Of a DNA stretch of 64,000 bases, positions 39,056-51,240 are shown one piece after another. Within the stretch, counting starts at the first letter, position 1. Every line of letters begins with the position of its first letter. Source of the stretch: Camelus ferus (taxonomy: Eukaryota); assembly GCF_009834535.1 (NCBI RefSeq), contig NC_045696.1, positions 67,210,001-67,274,000 of the forward strand. The letters are read 5' to 3'. The notes beneath the pieces are model-generated. The model did no database searches. It worked only from the letters and a program-made list of their open reading frames with translations, and had not been told where the DNA came from. A program made the position numbers and the translations under genes.

Positions 39056-39113
39056 CACAGGGACCGTGGAGGACTGGGGGTCACGGGGACCGTGGAGGAC
39101 TGGGGGTCACAGG
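39056..39113. repeat. 26-bp tandem duplication (2.2 copies)
   Basis: cacagggaccgtggaggactgggggt cacggggaccgtggaggactgggggt cacagg. Confidence 0.95.
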
Positions 39114-40869
39114 CTCCACCCACAAGGACCACACGCTGCCCAGACCCAGTGGATGGTGGGAATGTGGAGCCACTGCTGATGGGTCTTCCGATCTCCCTGA
39201 AAAATTAGATACCTGAACTTCTACAAGAAATTTCCTGGATGGTCAATATTTGCTACTAGTTCAATTGAAGACACCACCATTGCTTGCCCATCTCCCAACC
39301 CTATACCTAAGGAGAAGGTCCAAAATTTGGTTAAAACAAGTATTTCACAAGAGTCAAGTTAATAAGGAAAGATGCTTCTTGGGAGAAGTCCCCGACTCTG
39401 CAGGGTAGGATGACATTTCCACTGGATGCTTAAAAATGGTCAAAGTGCTCTAAAACCTGTAACTGAAAGGAGTCTTAAAGGGCATCTGTACAGACCCCAA
39501 AACGGCACACAGCTCATGCTTCTACTTAAGGATACCCAGCACCATTCACTGCACGTGGTGGGCAACGTAAGGGTTACAGCCTCAGTGATCACCGGCTGCC
39601 TGGTCTTACGCACGTCATGTCATCTTTCTGGGCTTCGGTTACTTTATTTCGAATAAGATAATTGATTAAGTGATTTCATCAAGACCCTTACAGCCACAAA
39701 GACACTAAGAATATACAGAAGCCTGCTAAAGATTACGTAGCAATGCAACCCACTGCCTTGTGGGGGGCCCAGGGGGATGAACATTAGCACTGTCATAACA
39801 AACTCAAACAGACACACGCGCGCGCACTCACACACAAAGGAAACATTTCCTTCTACAACTGAGAACGATACAACCTTTACAGCATGAAGAGAAAAATGAT
39901 AGCTAAAATTAGCATCTTAAAAAATAAACGACATAATCACTGAAGATGAGATTTTCTTACAATGGCAGAACAATGCCGTATAATGATAGCTGTCATCAGA
40001 GAGGAAATTGCAGGAGTCAGTTTGAAAGGATTTGGGGGTGTCCCCCCCCATTGAAATTTGCTTTTCCATATACCACAGTAAGATGGAAAAGCTAAAATGT
40101 TTCCCCAGGGCCTTTGTGATCAGCGCCTCGTACGACTGCTGTTGACATTAGGAGAGTGTCATTTCAGCCCCAAATAGAAGCCAGAGCATGTGTCAGGCTC
40201 CACATAGTCATCTTCTGGAAGTTATATATCGGTTTTCAATTTCCAAGGCCTCTTTCCATACACATGCTCATTTGTTCCCCCCAAAGAGTCCATTTGATGG
40301 AGCCTATATGTCACGATAAAATCTCTCTCAGATGAATTCAAAAATCTCCCTCCCGATCTGCCTACAAGAAAAGAGTGCCTTCTGTTTGCCATTTGACAGT
40401 TCAGGAAGCCCTTTCACTCCTCTTGGCTTTTTGAGATAAGGTATGACCTGCTAGGTGGGGTGGTAAAGGGAGAGAGAAGGAGGAATCAAATCTAATCTTG
40501 GCCTCAGTCTGCAGATCAAACTCAGACAAATCACTTCAAGTCACTGAGCCTCAGTTCCTAAGCCACTCAATGAAGAAAATTATATCTCTCCTGCCGTCCT
40601 CACAGGGCAGTTAAGACCAAAATCAATACAGAGACAAGTATGTCAGGGAGTTTGTAGGCTGAAAAAGCTGGTCTGCAAGTCTCGTCAACCCTGAGACGTT
40701 GGAAAGGATACAGCATAAGTTTCATGGGGCCATGGAGAACCGGTGCCTAGATGGGACTGTGAGGCAGTGGTGGAGGGGACCAGAGGCACAGGTCGGGGAC
40801 AGGAGGAGTCAGCTCAGAGAGAAAAACCCCAACTCTTTGCAGAACCAGTGACAAGCCGCCTGGCCTTAC

Positions 40870-40973
40870 CTGGCGAGACTGTGGCCGGTCCTCAAGGATT
40901 TTCTTCTCTTGTTGGACGAAGGGGGCCAGACCGCAGACAGTTGCCAGTGGAGGTGTGGCTGGTCCAGAAGAAG
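40870..40973 (-). other. Candidate upstream (5'UTR) exon of TPRG1
   Basis: Strong minus-strand donor CAG|gtaagg at 40870/40869. Possible acceptor catcctcttacttag| at 40974/40973, or it could be a first exon starting further right. The sequence is non-repetitive. Confidence 0.4.
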
Positions 40974-43900
40974 CTAAGTAAGAGGATGTGCTCGTGCTGT
41001 CACCCAACTCGGTCTGAACCTTGCCTCACCAAGAGGGCTGAGGGTGACTTGCTCAACCTCCAACAGAGGGTCACACGAAAGGATGAGGGTGTTTACAGGG
41101 TGGAACTCCGCCTGCCAGAGACGGGGAACTGGAGCGGGTGAGGCCTTTCTCATTCTACAGTGACACACCTCTCCCTCCCATCCTCTCCTTCAAGAAGTCC
41201 TAGATTTTTCTGCCAACTCCCTTTGATGAAAATCTTCGGGTGGGGTGAGCAGGAGCAGGCTTCTGTCCAAAGCTTAAATCTGAAAACTATATTCCTTTAT
41301 TAACATTCTTTTTTGATGACTTGATTTGGGGGACACTTGTGACTTTGAGCATCACCACCACGTTCACATCAGGAGAGCAGAGGTCATGTACAGCAAGAAG
41401 GACGTGTTTATGAGAACAGTCTCAGGTCAGTGTTCTCACTAGAGTATTTGCCACACGCAGTTGCTTCCATTTAAGTGTGTGCCCCTCTCAGAAGACTGTG
41501 AGCTCCTTGAGGGTAACAACTCCACCTTATTCTCCCATATAGTCCCCCTGGTGCCCAGCACGTGGCAAGCACTAAATACATACTACTGAATTTTTTTGAG
41601 TGAATGGTGATTAATCAGTATCTATTTAATGAATCCTGAGCTGCATTCAATGGCTTTACAGCCTATGGCAAGTTATGTTTTTTACCATTCTGAGCTGATA
41701 TTTCTGTACATTGGGGATATTATTTCTCCTTCAGAGATGGGGGTAAGAGTTGAAAGGCAGCATATGAAAATGAACGTAGGATAAGACCCAATACAGCAAC
41801 AATCGCTAGAAAATGTAACTGAGTCTCACCGAATCGATTTTGAAACCCAAATAAGACTTCTGTATGCCAAGAGTCAGTATACAGTAAGATGAACTGTGGA
41901 AAGGATCACAGGGCCACGGGTCTTTTCACAAGCCCCCTCAATGTCTGCAACGTACTTGATGAATGCTTTCCCTCCATAAGTGCTTAACTGAGTGACGACC
42001 TCCTCCTCTGCTATTTGAGCAACGACCTCGGCTACTCTTAGTTCTCAGAGCAGAGCAGGATTGAAAAATAAACTAGACATGGTCTCTGGCATAGGGAGTT
42101 CAGGAAGATGAAATATGCAGAAAATGCTGAGCACCTCAAATAGGATCAGAACAAGAGCTGTGGGAAGCCGAAAGAAGGAACAATCCAGGGAGGCTTCACA
42201 GAGGAAGAGGCAGCCTTAGATCTGGGCTGTTAAGAAGAGCTGGCATTTCAACAAGTACCAACGGTGGCAGGGATATAAATGTTAACTGTGAGATGGACTG
42301 AGCCACTGTTCCTTGATTTATCTCCTCCTTAATATAGACTCTAGGATGAAAAGAGTTTCATATAACTGGTATGTAGGTCACACCACTTATACGCCACAAA
42401 ACTACAGGGCAATTAGAAGTAATTGTGAGACAAATACTGTTCCCACTCAGCTCCAAATGTCTTTATGATGGCTCCGGTTGGGGGTAAAAAGCAGGGAGGA
42501 ACGGAGAGATGCTGGATCCCAGCCTGATCATTTAAGAGTAGGACCAAACGAATTGCATTGCTGTGTGAAGTTATTGCTGGATTGAGCTCGTTTAAAGGGC
42601 AAGAGACTGCACAGAGACATTGCACGTCCGTGCAGCAGCTATCTAATTATCACTAATTTCCAAGGGCTGCTGAACGCTTCTCCCAGCTCACACCGCGCTC
42701 CTGTCCCCCCACACCCTGTGCTAAATGGAGCGGGAGACAGTACCCCCAGGAAGGACACGAGCAGAAGAGAGAATGTCACAGAGAAAACAAGGACTCTGGT
42801 CCGTCGTCCTCCACTCCCTGGGATCAGCAGCAAATAGCTCAGTCTCCCCCAGGCCTCAGTCGCCTCTTCCTTGCACTGGGAATTATTATACAGACCCACC
42901 CAGCTCCCTGGGCTGTTGAGGGAGACAGTGAGGTTCTGGAGCTTTGTTAATTCACCGGCTTTGTCAATGCTGGTTCTAGGCATGAACAAGCAGTGCTATG
43001 GCGATGGGTATATCAGAGGATTCATCTCGTGTCCACTATTTCCAGCTACGTCCTAGGCTGCGTACGCATCTCCTGGTGGAGGTCAACACGCTCAACGCCA
43101 AGGAGCAGAGAATCAGAGAAAATGTTTACAAGTAGGCGCTTAGGGATCATTTCTCTTGGTATGTTGCCCCCTCTCTCTCTTCTGTGACAGCCTTTACTGT
43201 TTAGCCCCTTTTCCTCCTCTATTTCAATCCTGTCATCCCTGAGAGAGAATGTAGGTTGCTACTTACTTGGGTTTCCAACCACTGGTTTAGGAGACCTCCT
43301 CTCCTCCTGCCGTTTCTCAGATGGGGATGGAGTAGCACCCCACGAGCACACAGCCAGCTCTCACCCTGGCCTCAGCAGGGCTGTTCTCTTACAGATGTGC
43401 CGGGGGCAGCAGTTGGGTGGGGGAGACGCACAGGTAGGTACTGATTCTCACCGTGTCTGAACCGGAACCACCTCCCACCCTTGGTTCGCCCCTGGTGCAG
43501 AGGATTGGTCCACAGACACGCATCACTGATGGTGAATGGGTTCTGCCTATGAGAATCCCACATCCCTACCGTCCAGCTGGGCACCTTCCCCGGGAGTCGT
43601 TTGGAGGGAGGAACACAGTGATGGTGCACAGATCCAGGCAACAGCCACGGAAGCAAACAGGAACTAGCAGCCCGGCTGTCAACTGAGAAATTTCAGCAGC
43701 ATGAGCTTTCTCTTCTCTGGAGTTCCAACAGCGCACAGCAGGCATCGCTAGTATTACTCGTTATTGTGGTTCGCTATCTCCCTCAATACCTATCTGTCTT
43801 CTCTCCTTAGAGGCAGGGGCAGTGTCTTAAACATTCTTTCTAAGACCTAGCATGGTCCAGGAGCTAGAAGTGCCACCTGGTAAGGCCACAGAGGTGCTCA

Positions 43901-44737
43901 AGAGATGTTGGATAGATGACAGAACAAACAAATGCAGGAACATACCATCTCCTCTGTTTCCCTTCCCGGCTCTAGGAGTCCTTGCCGCTGGGGAGACAGC
44001 AAACGGAAGAGAGAGAAGCAGTAAGTTCCCCCGTGATTTTGACATGGAACTAAATTCAGCCCAAAGCATCTTTTTCTCTTCTCTCTATTTACTCTGGACA
44101 ATCTGTCCCTTATCAGATGAGCTCAAGGCTGGTTGGAAATATGCGTATTTTATTTGAAAATAGCGTCTTCTTCCAGTTCTGTTTTGCTGCACCGACATTT
44201 GTCTGCTTTGCTGTGTGTTGTGCATCAGATAGGAGTCAGACAAACTGCTTTGGCATTCTCCACTGTGTTGTTTTCACCATCCGATTCTCATTTATCTCAT
44301 TTCCCTTCCTGCATCTCACGCTGAGTCCCAAGTTCCAATTTAACCCACAACGAGCAAGCACAATTTTGTTGTGTCTCAGCTTTCCCAAAGGCTAGGAAGG
44401 GCACGGAAGTGAGAAGTCCTGAGACGCAGTTCCCACTTGCCACTAATGAGCAATGAGACCTTCAGTGAATCACCTTTTCGATCCTGGGCTGCTTCTCCTT
44501 TGCAAGATTCTGTCTGCTCTTGACTGCCACAGAATCAAAGGGCAACGGCTTGAAACTCCCAAGGCACCGAGCTGCGGTAGCCCTAGTTCCACCTTCCACA
44601 TTCAGTGCGGACGGAGAAGAATCCTCAACACTTCTGGCTTCGGTTCGAGGCGATGGTCAGGTGTCTACTGGTCCAGTGAAGCAGCCCCTTCCCCTTCCAC
44701 TCCAGACCCCCAGCCCACTCCCTGAGCCACCCCAACC

Positions 44738-44909
44738 CAGGGCAGCCTCACGGGCCTGCAGTCTGAGTAGTTGCAAGGGACCAGCAGATGTGTGGATCCC
44801 ATGCTTGGTTTTGTTCTGCTGTCACCATCTTGAAATTATTCGTAATTTTTGAACAAGGGGACTGCATTTTCACTTTGCACTGGGGCCACAAATTCTGCAG
44901 CTAGCCCTG
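44738..44909. mobile_element. MER91A-like hAT-Tip100 MITE
   Basis: cagggc...tctgctgtcaccatcttgaaatt...aatttttgaacaagggg...tttgcactgggg...gccctg with inverted termini. Confidence 0.8.
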
Positions 44910-45139
44910 CCCCTCGGCTTCCACCCCAACTCCCTCAAAGCACTGAAACTAAGACGCCTTAGGAAGAGGGAAGTAATGGTGCAGCTTGCCAGCCATGAAA
45001 GACAGTGCCCCAGCGCAGAGCCTTGCCATGGAACTCCCTCCTTGTAATATAAAACCAAAGAAAGGACAAGGTGGGAGGACGTGAAACTTGCCACAGGCCC
45101 CACCCCTCTCAACCTTCTCCGACTTGGGAGGGTTGGGGG

Positions 45140-45530
45140 TCTGACTCACGCCAGGGTGTGACTCACCATTCCTGCTAAGCCCTGGGCTCCTCCCTGCTCC
45201 CAGGGCGCAGGAGGAAATGTGGGCTGTCCCAGAGCAGATGGGGAAACCACCCAGACACCGCCCAACATGGCAGAGCTGGACAGGGTCTTAGAGCAGAGCC
45301 CAGGCAGCCATCACAAACCCCTTCCTTCATCAGCGAAACAAACACATATGCTCCAGATGAGAGAAGGGACTGACCCAAGCTCACCCCGTGAGCCGGTTTG
45401 CCAGGCTGCTCTCAGCATCAGTTCTCTTTTGGATTCCTTCCCCTTTCTATATATTTAGGGCAGCAAGACGAAATTATTACCAGTGGCTCTTTTCTCCTCT
45501 CCCAAGTTTTTCTAATAGTCTGAGTCATTT
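45140..45530 (-). promoter_or_regulatory. Candidate TPRG1 promoter and first exon, or epithelial enhancer
   Basis: TGA(C/G)TCA at 45142, 45159 and 45521. KLF-type GGGTGTG at 45154. GRHL-like AGCCGGTT at 45391. Minus-strand TATA-like TAAATATATAGAAA at about 45444-45457. Minus-strand donors ATG|gtgagt (45167/45166) and GGG|gtgagc (45385/45384). Confidence 0.5.
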
Positions 45531-45922
45531 CATGCATCTCAGCAGGAAGGAAATCAAAGGAGGAGGCGCACCTCGACAAAATGTAAGCATGTAAATAAAC
45601 AGTGTGTGATAAACTGCAGTGCAAATAAGACAAGCTTTGGCCACCCTGAGACTCCAAGGAAGGACGCTAGTCGGATGAAAGGCAGTTGCTTCAGAGTCCG
45701 AGTTCACTACCTCTCTGGGTGTTCCTAGGCAAGGCTGTCCCTGGGAAAATTTCTCTCTCTGGCTTTTGGCTTCCTGGTCAACAATATGAAGATTATGGGA
45801 CACACTCAAAGTGAAGTCCCTTCCAGGGCTGGCATCCTGTGCTTCTAAGTATCAAGTCTTATCACCTCCATATCAGTGTCGTGATTGAAAGACTGATTTC
45901 CAGGGTAAGAGCACATTCTAGA

Positions 45923-46041
45923 GGGGAGGAATAGAGCCTCAGTGGTAGAGCACATGCTTAGCATGCATGAGGTCCTGGGTTCAATCCCCAGTAACTCCAT
46001 TAACAAAAAAAAGTAAAATACAAAAATTTCTTTTAAAAAAG
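45923..46041 (+). mobile_element. tRNA-derived SINE (Vic-1-like, camelid)
   Basis: ggggagg...ctcagtggtagagcacatgcttagcatgcatgaggtcctgggttcaatccccagta followed by an A tail. Perfect TSD GAGCACATTCTAGA at 45909-45922 and 46042-46055. Confidence 0.92.
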
Positions 46042-49000
46042 GAGCACATTCTAGAACATTCTAGAACCTAAGTTGGCATGGCAAAATAATGAAAGCAGCA
46101 AAAAAATTCAATTCAAAAAGTGGACTTCTGACTATAGGGAGTGACCCAGAGAAGAAACTTCTATAGAATTCTTCTGATGCCAAAGAGAGAAGAACACAAC
46201 CCTGAGGTGACAGAGCACGTCAGGGTGGGTGGGGCTCAGGTGACCAAGGAGGGGCCCTGAGCAACGCGGCTCCCACTCCTGAGTGACTCAGCTGGAGCTG
46301 ACCCCAACCCCTAATCCTGCAAGCTCAGTCTCTTGAACTGTCATTCTGCTCTGTTATGTGACAAATGAACAGAACAGTGGACTCTGAGGCCAAGGCCATG
46401 TTACTGAGGGACTTGAACACAAGGCCAAGAAGTTTGTTCTTAATTTTCATCTTTGTAATGCACTGTGTTTCATTTATCTTGACATTTGGTGAGTTCCTGA
46501 GAGCTGTGACCAGACTGCAAACAGACAGCCTCAAATAGCCTCCACAGATCCCAGGTGGAAAAGAAGGGCGTGTTCCTTCTGTCCATCTTAGTCCCTGACT
46601 CAGCCACACTCCCACAACATGAGGGACTTTGCACATCAGTAACCCAAGCTAGTCCCCCACTGTGGGCTTTGTGACTGCAGTCCCAGGCCAGACCTTCACC
46701 CCAGGGCATCCTTTAGCACAGGGTCCAGGAAAGATAAGCCTGAGGATAACATCTGATGTGAGGGCGGTCTCTGCACCACCTGCCTGAGAACTTTTCTTTA
46801 AAAATGCATGTTCTCAGGCCCCATCCTTGATTTTTACTAGATGAGAACCCCTAGGGGGTGGGTCCAGGAATCTCCAGGTGCAGAAGTCCTGCCAGCTAGC
46901 TGTTATGCACATAAAAGTTTGAGACGTGGTGTATTACACATTCTCAATCGACCGTCAGAAAACTCCAAAGTGGAGCAGGCTGCGGAAAACCCAGGGGCAG
47001 GAGCCTGGAGGCTGAAATCAGCCCCAGCTGCAAGGAAGCGGGGGTGGAACCCATGCAGCTGGACGGCAGGCAGAGAGGAGTGTGTGGTAAAGCTAGAAGA
47101 CAAGTACCGTGTACACAGGCATCCCCAGCCCTTTATCTCTGTCCTGCTCCTGACCGTAGGATACAAGAGTTCCCAGATGAACAGTTCCAACATTGTCCAT
47201 CGCAGGTTCTGATAGCTGGACACCTGTTCTCTCACTGCCTTATTTTACACGAGAGAGAGGTACTCATTTAGCAACGATAACAAGGGGGAAAAGTGCATGG
47301 GGCAGGGACCGGAGCCACCTGCAAAGTGCACAGAAGAGAAAGCCTGAGGGCTTTTGCGATGGGAAGGCGTTCAGCCAGCCGCCCACGTCCCGGGAGGTTC
47401 TCTGCCGCGCGCAGGGCCTGGGGCCGGTGAGGACAAGCTCCCGCTCCCTAGGGTTTCTAAAGCACGCAGGTGACGTGGGGACGGCAGCGGGAACCTGCCA
47501 CCCAACACGCCATATCCGTTTTCAGAGGGTGTCAACACCCTCCTTCCCACACCTGCTGTTCCCAAATATCACAACCTGATTTTTCTCTCCAGCCTCCTGT
47601 CTTGATGATGACGATTAAATATTCATGGGATGCTGTGGTGCCAGCACACTTTGGGCAATTTCAGATACCTTTTTTTTTTTCTTAATAAAAGGGAAGTTTT
47701 TTTTTTCTTTCAGATGTGCCCGATTTTGAAGAGAGGTAAAAAGAATGACAAATGCCAGTGCCTCGAAAAGTAGCAACTGAACAGAGCAACGAGACTCCTA
47801 AGTCTCCACAACTGTGTTTCATGCCCAGAGCGCCCCACTTTAGGAGGAAGAGGAAAGCACAGAACTTAGAAGACGTCGAGGAGCCGTTCATACTACGCAG
47901 GAGTGCTTCATTTTACTATGGGGCCCATTTAAATAGAAAAATCACCAACTCTGGGTAAAATCCATGTAAATTTACTTACGGAGGTATTTGTTTATTGTTT
48001 ACTTAATTATTATGCAGAAAGAAGTTTGCCTTACTTGAAAAAAAGATCTATTTTTTAGAATCACAGTCTGTTAGCTTAAAGTGTCCTTTTACCCAGCTGT
48101 TTCCAGAATGAGTTTCAGGGAGCCCTAGGGCCCTCCAAGATGCCTCAGTGCGGTGTGGGTGACCACAGGACACAGATTGAGCCCAACAGAGTGGCGGTGA
48201 AGGGTACCGTCCCGAGTCAGCGCACCTCTGCTGCTCCCTGGGTGTATACCAGAGGTACTCATAATATTCCACTTGTAAGAAGTCGGGGGGAAGCCTCAAA
48301 AACGCACAAAGAAGCCTAATTCTTTAATTGTACATTTTGGGAAACTAAGACACACGGAGAAGTGACTTCACCAAAGGCATATGTTGTATTTTAGCTTCAA
48401 TCCAGTATTTCTTTTCTCACTGGAACTCATTGCCCCACAGAACTCTCATCATTTTATTAAAGGTGTTTGTTTAGCTCCTAGACATGTTTTGGCCTAAGCC
48501 TAAGACTAGTAAATCACTAAAATAACCAGAACAGGCAACGAGGAAATCATCATAAACTGAAGGTAAATTACAAAACTTTTTCTCACTGAACAAGCCTGAC
48601 ATTCTCAAAGGTCTCTGGAGTAGCTGAAAATGTCAGTGTTGATCACAGCTCCGTCTTGAATCACAACACAGATAACTTGAGCTAGCATATTCTACAGTTT
48701 ATTTTAAAATCCCAACTAGAGCAAGGTGCCATCAAATTGAATCAATGCCTTAGTGAGAAGTAGTCACTCGGAAGGAAAAAGTATTAATAAGAATCGTATG
48801 TTGGATCAACTTGTGTCCTTTATCTATTTATTTCTAACAATTTAACAAATACATAGGCAGTGCTTGCTACATGCTGGGAACTGTTGTCAGCGCTCTACTA
48901 ATATTAATCATTTAATCCCCCCAACAACACAAGAGGGAAGGTGTTATGTGTCATCTCCTTTTACAGGTAGAAAAACTGCTCACAGAGACTAAGTAACCCT

Positions 49001-49983
49001 CAGTTACCACTATCACACAGCTTTTCAGTGTGACAAGTCTCAAAGACACTGTCCTAGGTCACACCCCACATAAAGGATGCTATATCACCATCAGGACTAT
49101 TTCACCAAACTCCCCAGAAGTTACTCCAAGATCCCCCACAAGCAGAATCAATTAGAATCAGTGCCATTAATTTCATCATCAACAATTAGCTGGTAGGACC
49201 ACCTACTCCCCTAGTGCTCTGCCAGCACTGAGTTAATACTTACATGACAAGTCCATTAGGGAGACGTTGTCTTTAGACTCATTTTGCAGCTGAAGGAAGA
49301 GACTCGGAGAGGTTATAAAATATACCCAAAATGATGGAACCTAAAAGATGGAGCTGGAATTCAAAACCAGACTTATCTCACTACATCATGTATGTTCAGG
49401 CAGAGTCCTTCCATTGACTCCTGCAGATTTTGCTTGTTTTGCCTGCAGTGTTTTGACAATTTTTTTTTTGAATGAGATGTAAAAATCTAATAATTGAGAG
49501 ATTTCAATGAAAAATTCAGGACTGGTAAAGGCTTCCCTCTTTAGAGGAGGCATGCACTTTTCAGGATGCCTCAGTTCCTGCCTCTCCATCGTCTCACACA
49601 CCGCTGGCTGCATGCTTTTGTGTTGCTCCTTAAAGCATCTGAGCCTGAGCTCTTGGACAAGGTGCTCTGAGAGCCTCCCTGTGGCAAGACATCTTTAGCA
49701 GAACCCTCAGAGTTTTTCAAACTTGAGAAATGTATGGACTCCTTTTACAAGAAAAAAACAAAAAAACAGGAACAATACTGTTGTGAACCTCTGAAATACA
49801 TCAAAAACTACCATGAGTTTGCAGAGACGTATTCAAAAATCACTAAGTTAAAATGTAATTGTTGTGACCTATGCAAATATTTTCAACTGTCAATTATCAC
49901 TGCATAGCATAAAAATTGGGATTGCAAGTGGTAATTTTTAAATTAAAATTGCAGGAAAAACCCCAAGTTTAAAAACTTCTATA

Positions 49984-50275
49984 GCATAATGTTTTCAAGG
50001 ATCATCAACCATGGTGTAGCACATACAGGTCCTTCATTTCTTTTTAGGGCTGAATAATATTCTACTGTATGGCTATATCAGATTTTGTTTATCAATTCAT
50101 CCATCTGTGTTTGCCAGGGGCTGGAGGGAGTGGGGAGGTGGCTTAATAGTTATGGATTGCCTTTGGGGATGATGGAGAAATTCTGGAATTAAATAGATGA
50201 TGATTGTACAATATGTGAATACACTTGATAGTTAAAATGGTAATTTTGTGTTATGTAAATTTTTAAAAATTTTAA
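49984..50275. mobile_element. L1MB-like insertion with inverted 5' segment
   Basis: 49984 to about 50107 is antisense L1 ORF2-end sequence. About 50108-50275 is sense 3'UTR. TSD-like AAAAACTTCTATA / AAAAACTTTAATA. Confidence 0.7.
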
Positions 50276-50599
50276 AAAAACTTTAATAATACATGAGCCT
50301 TCCAAGAAACCTGACTTCAAAGAAACTAATCAAAGTAAATGTATTGAGGTTCTTTGATAGGCTTACGGGCACTCTGGTCTCCTTTAAAAAGGAAAGCAGC
50401 ACCATTTATATGAACCTTCAGAAACCCATCATGTTTACTTTAAGTTCATCTGCCCAAATTCCCCTACTTGTATCTTATATTCATAGCAGCCTGGATTAAT
50501 CTGTTTTCAAATGATTCCTGAAGCCCTCCCACCTCTGTGTCCTTACTGTCCCCTTGACTTAGAACTTGAAAGGCTGTGACTCTCTCTGTCCTGTATCAG

Positions 50600-51240
50600 C
50601 CACCAGAGACCCAGATAAATACCATCACCAGGCCATTGCTAGAGCCAGATGTAAACACCACTTCTGATACAGCTTACTGTGCCTTTCTTGTCCTGCCCAA
50701 AAAAGCTCTCAGTGATTCCTCTCTGCAAATCAAACTGAGTACAAAATTATTACCCTGTCATTAAAGGCCTAACAACAATGCCTCTCTATTATTCCTCATT
50801 ACTTCCCTTCACATTTCATATACTCCAGCCAAATGAAGCTGTCAACACTCCCCAAATATGTCTCACATGCTTCTATACCCATGCCTTTTCGCAGTATGCT
50901 CCCTCTGCCTGGAGTCCCCCTCCATCACCTCCAGCTGAAGGAATCCTTCACAGTCCCAAGACTACTCCCAGCTTACCTCCTCAATGGAGCTTCCTCCATG
51001 GCCACTATCCTTCTACTGCTCATATGCTCCCTGCTGCGACTTTGACTGTTTACAACCTTTCATCTCTTTTCCAGCTCATACTGTCTCTGTCTCATAATTA
51101 TTTCTGGACGGTGCCACTCCCTGACTAACCTGTGAGCTCTCTGAGAGAAGAAATGTCACATTAGCCACCATGAGCCCCATCATCCCTGGCATATAATAGG
51201 TCCTCAATTAACATTTATTTCATGGAAAGGAATGGTGCAA
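50600..51240 (+). mobile_element. L2 LINE remnant
   Basis: tgctccctctgcctggagt..., ctgtgagctctctgag..., cctggcatataataggtcctcaat. Confidence 0.7.

Noticed and set aside
45923..46000. tRNA gene (also at 30640)
   Set aside because: The A-rich tail and TSD identify these as tRNA-derived SINEs.
47690..47958. Plus-strand acceptor (T-run)cag at about 47713 with a 68-aa ORF, suggesting an antisense exon
   Set aside because: The acceptor arises from a simple poly-T run, the donors are weak and the peptide is unrecognisable.
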